Source: an uncultured bacterium (lineage in GTDB: Bacteria > Verrucomicrobiota > Verrucomicrobiia > Limisphaerales > UBA8199). From it: 64,000 nt of DNA. The notes beneath the pieces were generated by a model. The model was not told where the DNA came from. It saw only the letters and a list, made by a program, of their open reading frames with translations, and ran no database searches. Both the position numbers and the translations under genes were made by a program. The stretch lies in the NCBI GenBank assembly GCA_963749495.1, contig CAVVMW010000012.1, forward strand, positions 448,001 through 512,000. The letters are read 5' to 3'. Positions 1 to 10,144 of this stretch are shown here, piece after piece (position 1 is the first letter of the stretch; each line of letters begins with the position of its first letter).

Positions 1-1
1 C

Positions 2-181
2 CGCGCGGCTCGCATTGAACTGTGTGCCCGCTTCGCGAATGATCTGCCCCGCCTGGTGAAGTACCTGCGCCAGCAGCAGCGCCATTATCGCGGCCGGATC
101 ATCAAAGACTGGGCCGAAATCAGAGCCGTGCCAGGCTGCGCCGATACCCAGGTTGTGAAACGACCCGGTCCGCGGCGATGA
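2..181 (+). CDS. 3' part of small hypothetical protein, possibly antitoxin-like (runs in from window edge)
   Basis: Open frame RAARIELCARFANDLPRLVKYLRQQQ...PRR* read by hand; lies in a cluster of TA genes. Confidence 0.4.
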   Translation, partial: RAARIELCARFANDLPRLVKYLRQQQRHYRGRIIKDWAEIRAVPGCADTQVVKRPGPRR

Positions 182-296
182 ACCGACACCGGGTTGCCAT
201 TGTCTCAAACAAAGTGGATGCGATCCTGAAGAACCAACTGCCGCAACTCCCCTACGACGCAATGATCCCAGATCACGAAACCGCACAGGTGAGCCC

Positions 297-506
297 GTGA
301 CGAAGCGCGAGGTCATCATTTACTGGAGTGAGGAGGATGAGGCGTTTATCGCGGAAGTGCCCGAGCTGCCGGGCTGTGCCGCGGACGGCCCGAGCCGAGG
401 GGCCGCTCTCAAGAACGTCAACGTGGTCATCAAAGAGTGGATCGAGACCGCCGCCGAACTGGGCCGGCCAATCCCGCAACCCAAGGGCCGGTTGGCGCTC
501 GCCTGA
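297..506 (+). CDS. hicB: HicB-family antitoxin (no HicA partner visible)
   Basis: IIYWSEEDEAFIAEVPELPGCAADG..AL.N....I.EWIETA...GRPIP.P is the short HicB signature. Confidence 0.9.
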   Translation: MTKREVIIYWSEEDEAFIAEVPELPGCAADGPSRGAALKNVNVVIKEWIETAAELGRPIPQPKGRLALA

Positions 507-559
507 ATGGCTGAATCAATCGGATTGATTGGCCGATGGGTGCTGATTACATTGTCGAT

Positions 560-835
560 ATGACGGCGACTTTACTAGAGACCCAGGCAGATCTACAGCG
601 GCTGGTTGAACTGGCCAGCCAAGGCGAAGATGTGGTGATCACGGTGGACGGCGAGCCAAGGGCCAGACTCACTCGCGCAGGAGCGCCGTTCACCGGCGAA
701 GACGGGCCCGCAACAGATGCCGGCCTTGCCAACTGGTCAAGCGAGCTTGAGCAAATCCGCCAACAATTGAGCACTGGCAAGGTCGGCCCAACCGTTGAGC
801 AAATACTGGCGGAGGACCGCACCGACCGCATCTGA
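560..835 (+). CDS. Phd/YefM-family antitoxin
   Basis: L.RLVELASQGEDVVITVDGEPRARL motif; followed immediately by a PIN-domain start. Confidence 0.8.
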   Translation: MTATLLETQADLQRLVELASQGEDVVITVDGEPRARLTRAGAPFTGEDGPATDAGLANWSSELEQIRQQLSTGKVGPTVEQILAEDRTDRI

Positions 836-837
836 AC

Positions 838-936
838 ATGCATTACTGGGACACGTCGGCGTTGGCCAAGCTGTACGTCAGCGAGTCGGATTCGGCGCTC
901 TTTGCAGCCCATCAGACCCTCACGGGACAGAAATGA
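838..936 (+). pseudogene. Truncated VapC/PIN toxin stub (32 aa)
   Basis: MHYWDTSALAKLYVSESDS is a PIN N-terminus; it stops at a TGA overlapping the pheT ATG. Confidence 0.75.
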
Positions 937-3428
937 AAGTCACACTCAATTGGCTCAAGCAGTATGTTGATTTCGACTGGTCCTCCGAGGAACTGGCGGA
1001 GCGGCTGACGATGCTGGGCATCGAAGTCGAGGGCATCGAAAAACTCGGCGGCGAGTTCGACGGCATCGTCGTGGCGCAAGTGGTCGCGCGTGACAAGCAC
1101 CCGAATGCGGACAAGCTCTCGGTGTGCCGCGTGAACGACGGCAAAACGGAGCGCCAGGTAGTGTGCGGCGCCCAGAACTTCAAGGCCGGGGACAAGGTGG
1201 CGCTCATCCTGCCGGGCCATACCCTGCCCGCCAGGCCGGGCGAGGAGCCGTTCGCTATCAAGGTCGGCAAGATCCGTAACGTCGAGTCGCAGGGCATGAT
1301 GTGCTCCCCCAAGGAACTGGGCCTGGCCGAGGACGCCCAGGGCCTGCTGATCCTGCCCGAGGACGCCCGGGTGGCCAGCCCTTTGCCGAGCACCTGGGCC
1401 GCGCCGGCAGCGACGTGGTTTATGACCTGGAAATCACCCCCAACCGGCCCGACCTCAACAGCCTCGTCGGCGTCGCCCGCGAGATCAGCGCCCTGTCCGG
1501 CAACCCGTTGCGCTTGCCTGAAATCCAGGCCCTGGAACCCGGGCAGCCGGCCAGGCCCCGGGCACTCGAGCGGAGGACCTGCTCGCCGTGCGTCTTGAGG
1601 ACCCCGAACTGTGCCCGCGCTACACGGCCCGCGTGATCCGCGGCGTGAAGATCGGCCCCAGCCCCGACTGGCTCCAGAGCACGCTCCAGAAGGTCGGCAT
1701 CCGCAGCATCAGCAACGTGGTCGATGTCACCAATTATGTCATGCTCGAAATCGGCCAGCCGCTCCACGCATTCGATTATCACCTCCTGACCGCGACTGCT
1801 CCCGCCGCCAGGCCCGTCATCGTCGTCCGCCGCGCGGCTGAGGGCGAGAAGTTCACCACCCTCGACGGCCAGGAACGGACGCTCACCAGCCGGATGCTCC
1901 TGATCGCCGACGAGACCAAGCCGGTCGCGCTGGCCGGCATCATGGGCGGCCAAAACACCGAAATCAATCCCAGCACGGTGGACGTGCTGCTCGAGAGCGC
2001 CTACTTCAAGCCTCAGAACATCCGCCTGACCTCCAAGCGGCTGGACCTGCGCACGGAATCCTCCTATCGCTTCGAGCGCGGCAGCAATATCGGAATATGC
2101 GACTGGGCCAGCCGGCGCGCCGCGCAGTTGATCCTCCAGACGGCCGGCGGAGAGCCTGCCCGGGCGCTGTGGACGCCTACCCTGCCCCGGCTGAGCCCCG
2201 CCAAATCAAGCTTCGCCCGCACAAGGTCAACGAACTGCTCGGCCTGGAATTGCGGCCCGGGGAGATCGAGGCCTATTTGCTCCAACTCGGTTTGAAAGTG
2301 GCCGGCCGCAAGCCGCGGCCCATCGAGGCCGGACCGGCGCCCGCAGAACCGATTGCCTTCCGTATCCCGACGTTCCGGGTCGACCTCAAACGCGAAGTGG
2401 ACCTGACCGAGGAGGTCGCCCGGCTCTACGGCGTGGACCGCATCCCGGCCACGCCTCCGCGCGGCGCGACCGGCTCGAACGCCTTCGACGCCGTACACGA
2501 CGAACTGGCCGAGGCCCGGCGCATCCTGGCCGGGCTGGGCATGTCGGAGGCCCAGGGCCAGACCCTGATCTCGGACTCAGCCGCCAGGCTGATGGCGGCC
2601 GAGACCCTGCTCCCGCTGGCCAACCCGCTGAGCAGCGACATGAACGTGCTGCGGCCCAGCCTCCTGCCTGGCCTGCTCGATGCCCTCCGCCATAACCTCA
2701 GCCGCAAGAACGAAGACGCCGCCCTATTCGAGATCGGACGCGCCTTCTCCCTGGCCCAGCCAACCCCCGCCACACCCGCCGGCGCGGTCCGGGAGGAACG
2801 CCGCGTCGCCCTGGCCCTGACCGGCCGGCGCGACCCGGTCTTCTGGACCGGCGAGAATCGCGACGCCAAGTTCGACATCTTCGATTTGAAAGGGCTGCTC
2901 GAGGAATTCCTCGAGCAATTCGGCGTGCGGGGCGTCGCTTACGCGCGCCGCGCCCAGGGCACGGCGCTCTTCATCGAATCGGGTGTCGTTCAACTCGGCA
3001 AATTCCAACTCGGCGAGCTGGGCCAACTGCTGCCCTCGCTGGCCAAGGCATACGACCTGCGCGACGCGGTGCTGCTGGCGGAGCTGAACCTCGACCTGTT
3101 GCTGGCGCGCCGCAACACGGCCAAATCGTTCAGGCCCCTGCCCGCCTTCCCCTCGATTCGCCGCGACGTTGCCATGCTGGTGCCCGAAGCCACCACCCAC
3201 GAGGCGGTGCTCCAGGTGATCAAACAGACCAAACCGGCGAACCTCGAGTCTGTCGAACTCTTCGACGTGTTCCGCGGCAGAAACGTCCCCCCCGGCCAGA
3301 AGAGCATGGCCTATGCCTGCACCTACCGCAGCCCGGAACGCACGTTGACCGACGCCGAAGCCAGCAGCGCCCACGAAAAACTCGTCGCCCAGTTCAAGGC
3401 GCGCCTCCAGGCGGTCATCAGGGAATGA
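933..3428 (+). CDS. pheT: Phenylalanyl-tRNA synthetase beta subunit (3 apparent frameshifts at ~1372, ~1570, ~2155)
   Basis: [59 protein letters not shown] and RRDVAM motifs spread across four ORF segments. Confidence 0.95.
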
Positions 3429-3441
3429 GCGGAGAGCGCGG

Positions 3442-3717
3442 CTATTCGATGAGGTTCTTTGATTTCAGAATCTGGAGATAAGCCTCCAGAGTGAGACTAC
3501 ACTCCCTGAATTCCCTGCATTGCTTCTGAGAGAGCTTCATTTGCAAGGGGATGTAAGTGTGTGGCAGCTCTTTCGAGCCCCTCCGAATCCCGAATGAAAA
3601 TATGATTCTGCCGTCATGCCGGAACTTGACGAGATCGTGTTTTCTTGCGCCGGGCTCGACCTCGGCCCGGAGCTTTTCCTGAATCGCCCAGGCGTCGGAT
3701 TGTGTGAGAAATCTCAC
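3442..3717 (-). CDS. Putative HicA-like toxin
   Basis: Small basic protein with KHD..F...G..I pattern; start overlaps the stop of a HicB-like gene; lower GC. Confidence 0.55.
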   Translation of the reverse strand: MRFLTQSDAWAIQEKLRAEVEPGARKHDLVKFRHDGRIIFSFGIRRGSKELPHTYIPLQMKLSQKQCREFRECSLTLEAYLQILKSKNLIE

Positions 3718-4037
3718 GGGTTCCTGCGGAGAAACTGTCTAAGGATTGCCAATTGTCGCGTTGGCTCTGGCCCGAGTTTCTCAGGGGGTTCTTTGGAAAA
3801 ACTATCAAAAAAATCCAAGATCAGGCTTTTCAAGTTGGCGACGGCCTCCTCTTCATTTGCCCCCGAGGAGTGAATGTTGGCGTCGAACCAACCCGCGTTG
3901 AAACCGCCTTGGGCGCGGTGGACAGCCACGAGGATGGGTCGAATGAGTTCGTAGGGTTCCGGTGCGAAGGTGTTGATCGGCACGCACTGGGTACCGCTAA
4001 CATCTGGCAGTGTTAAAGGCATGACAGAACTGGACAT
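3714..4037 (-). CDS. Putative HicB-like antitoxin
   Basis: IHSSGANEEEAVANLKSLI resembles the HicB G.T.EEA..N motif; start uncertain. Confidence 0.6.
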   Translation of the reverse strand: MSSSVMPLTLPDVSGTQCVPINTFAPEPYELIRPILVAVHRAQGGFNAGWFDANIHSSGANEEEAVANLKSLILDFFDSFSKEPPEKLGPEPTRQLAILRQFLRRNP

Positions 4038-4083
4038 TAAACCGTCTCCCACGCACAATATATAGCGGTTACACGCACGTCAA

Positions 4084-4419
4084 ATGATTAAAGCTGGAAA
4101 CGTCGCCATCGTGCTCGTGACGGCGCCGGACCTGAAGACGGCGCGGCGCCTGGCCCGCGCCGCCCTCGATGCGCGCCTGGCCGCCTGCGCCAACCTGGTC
4201 CCCGGAATCGAATCTCACTATTGGTGGCGGGGAAACATTGACAAGTCCGCCGAGGTGCTGATGCTCCTCAAGACCACGTCCGCGAGATTGGCGGCGCTCG
4301 AGAAGTTGATCGTGGCCGGGCATCCCTACGACACGCCGGAGTTCGTGGCGCTGCCGGTGGAGCGAGTGGCCGAGCGCTACCTGGCGTGGTGGAAAAGGTC
4401 GTTGAGCGTTCGGCCTTAG
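4084..4419 (+). CDS. cutA: Divalent-cation tolerance protein CutA
   Basis: LAACAN, SHYWWRG, E..MLLKT and HPYDTPE motifs. Confidence 0.95.
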   Translation: MIKAGNVAIVLVTAPDLKTARRLARAALDARLAACANLVPGIESHYWWRGNIDKSAEVLMLLKTTSARLAALEKLIVAGHPYDTPEFVALPVERVAERYLAWWKRSLSVRP

Positions 4420-4461
4420 GCAGGGCACACAATGACTGCCGGTCAGCGCACCGCGGGTTTT

Positions 4462-4650
4462 TGCCCCGAAGGGGCTTCCGACAATAGCCCGGCGTTTCAA
4501 CGCCGGGTGAGCGCACCCAAAGGAACAGGTCCGTCCCGAAGGGACGGCTGAAGGCAAGGCGTGTCTCAGTCGTCCCTTCGGGACGAGGGTCCCTGTTGTG
4601 GCCTCCCCGGCGTTGAAACGCCGGGCTATTCTCATGTGTCCCTCCGGGAC
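4462..4650. repeat. REP-like composite palindrome, family A
   Basis: atagcccggcgtttcaacgccggg / cccggcgttgaaacgccgggctat arms with inner gtcccgaagggac / gtcccttcgggac; related copies at ~19150 and ~31330. Confidence 0.85.
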
Positions 4651-4741
4651 AAAACCCCGAGGCGCATGTCCGACGGGCTTAACCGCACCCCTCGTCCCCC
4701 CCGCTATTGATCTGGGGTCAATTTTGGCTCTTACTCCTGGC

Positions 4742-6535
4742 GTGCAACTGCCCTGGCAGCAGACCTACGACCCGCTCCATCATGTGTTTTGGTCCACGGC
4801 GGCGGCGGCGGCGCCGGTAGTGGTTTTGCTGGGGTCGATCGCGTTGCTCCGCATCCGGATCCACCTGGCGGCCTTGCTGGGCCTGGGCGTGGCGCTGGCA
4901 ATTGCGCTGGGGGTCTATCGGATGCCGGCTGGGGCGGCCGCAGCGACCACGGTCTATGGGGCGGCGTTTGGTCTGTTCCCGATCGGTTGGCTGCTCCTGA
5001 ACATCATCTTCCTCTACCAACTGACCGTGAAGAAGGGCCTGTTCGACGTGCTGCGAGACACCCTGGCCCGGCTCTCGCCCGACCCGCGCGTGCAGCTCAT
5101 CCTCATTGCCTTCTCGTTCGGGGCGTTCCTGGAAGGCATGGCCGGTTTCGGCGCGCCCGTGGCCATCACCGGCGCCATCCTGATTCAGCTCGGTTTCAAG
5201 CCCCTGCACGCGTCGGGCCTGGCGCTCATGGCCAACACCGCCCCAGTGGCCTTTGGTTCGCTGGGCATCCCGATTACGACTCTGGAGCAGGTAACGGGCC
5301 TGGACGCGCTCAAGCTCTCGGCAATGGTCGGCCGCCAGATGCCCCTTTTCTCGATGCTGATCCCGTTTTGGGTCGTGGCGGCGTTCGCCGGCTGGCGGGG
5401 GATGCTCGGGGTCTGGCCGGCAGCGCTGACGGCCGGGCTGGCCTTCGCCGTGCCGCAGTTCCTGATCTCGAATTTCCACGGCCCCTGGCTGGTCGCCGTG
5501 GTCTCCGGGGCATGCTCGATTGCGGCGCTGGTGGGCCTGCTGCGGGTGTGGGCGCCCAGGGACACCGACCCCAGAGCGTGGGCGGGCGTTGCCAACGCAG
5601 AATCGCCCCTCGGAACCGCCAATCGGAGGGACATCCGTGAGGCGCGACAGCGCTTTGGACTGCGCCAGTCCTCTGGCGCTTTTTCGTCCCCAGGCGTCCC
5701 AAAAGCGCCAGAGGGCTGGCGCAGTCCAAAACCTGGCGGCCCGGACGAGGTCGCGCCCCGGCCCTGGCCCCGCGGCCAGGTCTTTCGCGCTTGGCGACCG
5801 TGGTTGATCCTCACGCTATTCCTGGTGCTGTGGGGGTTGCCGGCGGTCAAGTCAGGGCTGGACAAGCTCGCCACCATCCAACTGGACGTGCCTCACCTGC
5901 ACCGGGCTGTCCAGCGCGTGCCGCCCGTCGCCCCGCCCGGCGCCAAACCCGAGCCGGCCCAGTTCCGGCTCAACCTGCTCTCGGCAACGGGCACCGGGAT
6001 CCTGGCGGCGGCGCTCGTTGCGGGGCTGGCAATGGGGTTCGGCCCAAGAGACCTCGCCAGGACCTATTTCGAAGCGCTGCGGCGGATTCGTTTCTCGTTG
6101 CTGACGATAGCGGCCATGCTGGCCCTGGGCACGGTGACGAAATACTCGGGGGCGGATGCGACGCTGGGTCTGGCCCTGGCGCACACGGGCACGCTCTACC
6201 CGTTTTTCGGCACGCTGCTGGGCTGGCTGGGGGTGGCCCTCACCGGTTCGGATACCGCCTCGAATGTCCTGTTTGGCAGCCTCCAGCGCATCACCGCCGA
6301 GCAAGCGCACCTGTCCCCGATCCTCATGGCGGCCGCCAACAGCTCCGGCGGCGTCATGGGCAAGATGGTGGATGCCCAGAGCATCGTCGTGGCCAGCACC
6401 GCCACCAATTGGTACGGGCACGAAGGCAGCATCCTGCGCTATGTCTTCCTGCACAGCATCGCCCTGGCCACGCTGATGGGCGTCTGGGTCCTGCTCCAGG
6501 CCTATGTCGCCCCGTTCACACGCATGGTCCCCTAG
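4742..6535 (+). CDS. lctP: L-lactate permease (LctP family) with an in-frame palindrome insertion
   Basis: FGAFLEG.AGFG.PVAI, ANTAPVAFGSLG, GWLGVALTGSDT.SN.LFG and ANSSGGVMGKM motifs; GTG start inferred. Confidence 0.9.
   Translation: MQLPWQQTYDPLHHVFWSTAAAAAPVVVLLGSIALLRIRIHLAALLGLGVALAIALGVYRMPAGAAAATTVYGAAFGLFPIGWLLLNIIFLYQLTVKKGLFDVLRDTLARLSPDPRVQLILIAFSFGAFLEGMAGFGAPVAITGAILIQLGFKPLHASGLALMANTAPVAFGSLGIPITTLEQVTGLDALKLSAMVGRQMPLFSMLIPFWVVAAFAGWRGMLGVWPAALTAGLAFAVPQFLISNFHGPWLVAVVSGACSIAALVGLLRVWAPRDTDPRAWAGVANAESPLGTANRRDIREARQRFGLRQSSGAFSSPGVPKAPEGWRSPKPGGPDEVAPRPWPRGQVFRAWRPWLILTLFLVLWGLPAVKSGLDKLATIQLDVPHLHRAVQRVPPVAPPGAKPEPAQFRLNLLSATGTGILAAALVAGLAMGFGPRDLARTYFEALRRIRFSLLTIAAMLALGTVTKYSGADATLGLALAHTGTLYPFFGTLLGWLGVALTGSDTASNVLFGSLQRITAEQAHLSPILMAAANSSGGVMGKMVDAQSIVVASTATNWYGHEGSILRYVFLHSIALATLMGVWVLLQAYVAPFTRMVP
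5654..5730. repeat. REP-like palindrome, family B, inside lctP
   Basis: tttggactgcgccagtcctctggcgctttt ... aaaagcgccagagggctggcgcagtccaaa; same family at ~26727 and ~63253. Confidence 0.85.
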
Positions 6536-6576
6536 AGTCCTTGAGCTTCAAAAAGTGATGCAGACAAGTCAAGTTT

Positions 6577-6702
6577 GTGGCACGGGCATCCTGCCCGTGA
6601 GGGCTTGGGCAAGATGCCCAAGCCACGATCTGAGGCTCCGCCTCGTTAGCAATACAGTGGACCGAGGTCCACGGCTACCTTCACTGCGCCGCTACGCGAC
6701 GC
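6577..6702. repeat. REP-like elements: family D doublet plus half of family C
   Basis: gtggcacgggcatcctgcccgtg...ttgggcaagatgcccaagccac; gtggaccgaggtccacggctacc...gctacgcgac matches the reverse complement of 33721-33765. Confidence 0.75.
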
Positions 6703-6762
6703 GCCGGGCTTCCACGCTCCGCTTGACTTTGGAAGGACTGGGGCCAGAATAGGCTACAATTC

Positions 6763-7344
6763 ATGTCACTCGAACTGGTGCTCCAAAGGTATCCGAAAGA
6801 GATCAAACTTCGGGACGCTTCGTCCTGCAGGCTCGCTCCGTTGTGCCAGGAAGATGAGGGCGGCTTTTTCGAGTTCTTCCAGGCGGTTCCCGAGGCCGAA
6901 CGGATGTTCATCAAGCACCGGGTGACCGAGCGCGAGGTCATCCACAACTGGTGCGCTGAAATCGATCTGGGCCGCAATCTGCCGCTGCTCGCCTTCATGG
7001 ATGGGAGAATCGTCGGAGATGCCACGCTGCACCAACAGTTGGGCGGGTGGAAACGGCACATCGGGCGCGTCAGCGTGCTGGTGCTCCCCCAGTATCGCGG
7101 GCGCGGACTGGCGCGGGCGCTGATCGGCGAAATGGTGGAGGTCGCCCGCCAACTGGGCCTCGAGCGTGTCGAGGCGGAGTTCATCGGTGACCAGCAGGCC
7201 GCCATCAAGATGTTCGCCTTGCTCGGCTTCAGCAATCTCATCCGCTTTGAGGATTATGTGAAGGACATGCAGGCCAATAGTCATGACTACGTGCTCATGG
7301 GCCTCAAACTCAAAACCGAGGAGGAATACGCAGGGATGGGCTGA
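6763..7344 (+). CDS. GNAT-family N-acetyltransferase
   Basis: VLPQYRGRGLARALI acetyl-CoA-binding motif. Confidence 0.9.
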   Translation: MSLELVLQRYPKEIKLRDASSCRLAPLCQEDEGGFFEFFQAVPEAERMFIKHRVTEREVIHNWCAEIDLGRNLPLLAFMDGRIVGDATLHQQLGGWKRHIGRVSVLVLPQYRGRGLARALIGEMVEVARQLGLERVEAEFIGDQQAAIKMFALLGFSNLIRFEDYVKDMQANSHDYVLMGLKLKTEEEYAGMG

Positions 7345-7354
7345 CGCAAGGTGA

Positions 7355-7382
7355 AATGACGAATGACGAATGACGAATGACG
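7355..7382. repeat. 7-mer microsatellite (aatgacg)x4
   Basis: Direct reading. Confidence 0.9.
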
Positions 7383-7439
7383 AAGGTCTGCAACCGGTCA
7401 CGGGCGGAGTGATTCTCACCCGTAAGAACCGCTGAGCGC

Positions 7440-7709
7440 ATGCCGCCTGAGATTTGCCCAAACTGCGGGGCGGAAGTGCCGCCCGGCGCAAAGGCCTGTC
7501 CCGAATGCGGGTCCGACGAGCAAACCGGCTGGTCCGAGGAGGCGCAGACGGACGGGTTGGATTTGCCCGACCCGGAGTTCAACTACCAGGAGTTCGTGGA
7601 ACGGGAGTTCGGCGGGCGAAAGGCGGTTCCGCGGGGGATTCATTGGTTTTGGTGGGCGGTGGCCCTGCTGGTGGCGGCGGCGTTCCTCGGGTTTTTCGTC
7701 CTGGCCTGA
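7440..7709 (+). CDS. Zinc-ribbon protein with C-terminal TM helix
   Basis: CPNCG...CPECG and a hydrophobic C-terminus. Confidence 0.8.
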   Translation: MPPEICPNCGAEVPPGAKACPECGSDEQTGWSEEAQTDGLDLPDPEFNYQEFVEREFGGRKAVPRGIHWFWWAVALLVAAAFLGFFVLA

Positions 7710-7771
7710 ATTGCGGCCGACTGCAAGGACCAGGCTCGACCCCCGCCGCTCGCCCCTCTACAATCCTCCCC

Positions 7772-9094
7772 ATGACATCCCTTACTCAAACCGACCCTCC
7801 TGGGACCGCCCCTGCGCCCGGCGCCGCGTCCAGCCAGCGCCTGATGTCCGTGGACGCGCTCAGGGGATTCGACATGTTCTGGATCATTGGCGCCGATGCG
7901 CTGGTCTCCGCGCTCAACGAGATGAGCCAAACCGGGCCGACGAAGTTCCTGGCCTACGAACTCGATCACGCCGATTGGCAGGGGTTCCATTTCTACGACC
8001 TGATCTTCCCGCTCTTCGTGTTCATTGCCGGGGTGTCGCTGGTCTTTTCGCTGAGCAAAGCCATCGAGCGGGCGGGGCGCGCGCAGGCCCTGAAACGGGT
8101 CTTGTGGCGCAGTCTGCTGCTCTTCCTGGTGGGCATCTTTTACTCGGGCGGCCTTACCCACCGCTGGCCCGACATCCGGCTCATGGGCGTGCTCAACCGC
8201 ATCGCGCTGGCCTACGGCCTGGCCGGGCTGCTGTTTTGCTTCCTCAAGCCCCGCGCCCTGGCCGGCATTTGCGCCGCTCTCCTGGCAGGGTATTGGGCCC
8301 TGATGACATTCGTGCCGATCCGGGACGTCCAGTTGACCCGCGCTCATATCGCCGAACTGGCCGTTCAGTCGGGCGACCAACAAACGGCGGCCTATTACCG
8401 AAACCCCGATTCCCCCAACCCCTCGGCGGTGAAGGGCAGCCCGGAGTGGGCGGCGGCCCAGAGGTTCTTTTACGCCACCACCAACCGGGTGACCGGGAAA
8501 TTCGACAAGGGCCTGAACCTCTCAGACCATCTTGATTTTCAATGCCTGCCCGGCAGGAAGTACGACACCTTCTTCGATCCCGAGGGCTTCCTGAGCACTA
8601 TTCCGGCCGTGGCGACCTGCCTGTTGGGGGTGTTGGCGGGGCTGCTGCTCCGCAGCCAGCGGGTGCCGGACCGGCGGAAGGTGGTGTGGCTGATGGGCGC
8701 GGGCCTGGCGGCCGCGGCAGCGGGCTGGCTATGGGGACTCCAGTTCCCGGTGGTCAAGAAGATTTGGACCTCGTCCTACGTTCTGGTGGCCGGGGGTTAC
8801 AGCGCGATGCTGCTGGGCCTCTTTTACCTGGTCGTGGATGTGTGGCAGGCGCGGGCCTGGTGCCGGCCGTTTGTGTGGATGGGGATGAACTCGATTACGA
8901 TCTACCTCGCCGGCAATATCCTGGACGACTTCAGACCTGTGGTGCTGCGGTTGGCCGGGGGCGACGTGCGCAGCTTTCTCGACCAACACCTGGCCCAAGG
9001 GCTGGGGGACCTCCTGGTCACGCTCCTGGGTTTGTTGCTGGCGTTTTGGTTCGTCCGGTTCCTCTACAAGCGGAAAATCTTCCTGCGGTTGTAA
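7772..9094 (+). CDS. Membrane acyltransferase, HGSNAT/DUF5009-like
   Basis: RL.SVDALRGFDM, DLIFPLF.FI.G, GVLNRIA, DPEGFLSTIPA and P.VKKIWTSSY motifs. Confidence 0.88.
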   Translation: MTSLTQTDPPGTAPAPGAASSQRLMSVDALRGFDMFWIIGADALVSALNEMSQTGPTKFLAYELDHADWQGFHFYDLIFPLFVFIAGVSLVFSLSKAIERAGRAQALKRVLWRSLLLFLVGIFYSGGLTHRWPDIRLMGVLNRIALAYGLAGLLFCFLKPRALAGICAALLAGYWALMTFVPIRDVQLTRAHIAELAVQSGDQQTAAYYRNPDSPNPSAVKGSPEWAAAQRFFYATTNRVTGKFDKGLNLSDHLDFQCLPGRKYDTFFDPEGFLSTIPAVATCLLGVLAGLLLRSQRVPDRRKVVWLMGAGLAAAAAGWLWGLQFPVVKKIWTSSYVLVAGGYSAMLLGLFYLVVDVWQARAWCRPFVWMGMNSITIYLAGNILDDFRPVVLRLAGGDVRSFLDQHLAQGLGDLLVTLLGLLLAFWFVRFLYKRKIFLRL

Positions 9095-9130
9095 AGCCGC
9101 CGCTCGTGCCCGCGACTGGAAAGCGACAAC

Positions 9131-9328
9131 ATGAAAGTGACGTATGACGCGGAGGTGGACGTGCTGCGCATTGTCCTTCGCAACGCGCCCATCGAGGAGA
9201 GTGACGAAGACAAGCCCGGAGTGATTCTGGATTACGATAAGGACGGCAACGTCATCGGGCTGGAGGTGCTGAACGCCTCTAAGCGAGTGGAGAACCCGCG
9301 CGGTGTGGACTATGCCGTGACCGGGTGA
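9131..9328 (+). CDS. DUF2283-family protein (antitoxin-like)
   Basis: MKVTYDAEVDVL.I...GVILDYDKDGNVIGLEVLNAS. Confidence 0.9.
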   Translation: MKVTYDAEVDVLRIVLRNAPIEESDEDKPGVILDYDKDGNVIGLEVLNASKRVENPRGVDYAVTG

Positions 9329-9383
9329 CGCGGCCGCAGGAAATGGCTGGTTTGGGCAGGAGCATCTGCTAATTTGCCGGGCA

Positions 9384-10094
9384 TGAAAGTCGTCAACAAC
9401 GTCCTGAACCAGTTGACGGACCTGGTTGCCCGCGGGGCCTACCAGCAGTTGGAGTCAGAAGGGATTGAAATCAAGCCGGTGCCCTCGATCGGCGGGGACT
9501 GGAAGCAGCGTCACATCACCGTCAACGCCTTTCTCAATCTTGCCCGAAGCCAAACCCGGGAACCCGCGTTTGGCTGATGTCCTGAGGGTTTTTCGCAAGT
9601 GGGAGGGACGCGGAATCGGGATGGCCACCTTGGTGGACGTGTGCCTCCGGAACGAAATGGACCTGCCACACTACCGGTTTCACTCCGAAGAAGTGGAGCT
9701 GTTTCTGTGCTCAGGAAAGCTTCTGGACGAGCGGATGGAGCGGCTCTTTCAATCTTTCGACGGCTACATCGAGGGCAAGTTGATGGGGAACCCGCTCAGC
9801 GAGCTCCAGAAACTCGTGCTGGCGTACCTGATCAAATCGGAGTGGGCCAACGAGCAGTTGCGCTACACGATCCTGCTCACGCCAGACAACAACCACTTCA
9901 GCGAATTGATCGGCTTGGAAAAGGCAGGGTTAATCGCAAAACCCCCACAAGGCCAAACGCTGCTGCGCCTGGAGCCAGCCGGATGGGCCGAACGACCGGA
10001 ACGAGAAGTTTGTAACGGTCCTAGAAATCCCGCCCGTTGTGGGGCCACAGGCGGCGGTCAAAGCGGCGATTGTGGCGGAAATCAGGGGAAATAA
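9384..10094 (+). pseudogene. Collapsed remnant of an AlbA_2/Schlafen + HATPase_c_4 (RecG-C-like) protein
   Basis: E.EGIEIK...VNAFLN joined out of frame at ~9545 to NPRLADVL....KWEGRGIGM. Confidence 0.55.
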
Positions 10095-10144
10095 ATGAGT
10101 CTGGGCAGCCTCAAGAACACCACGACCTATGAGCCTCTTTGCAG

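Noticed and set aside
178..300. HepT/DUF86 remnant (AILKNQLPQL)
   Set aside because: Too short to support
933..3428. pheT as a pseudogene or programmed frameshift
   Set aside because: Essential gene with intact motifs; similar single-base breaks in other genes point to long-read indel errors
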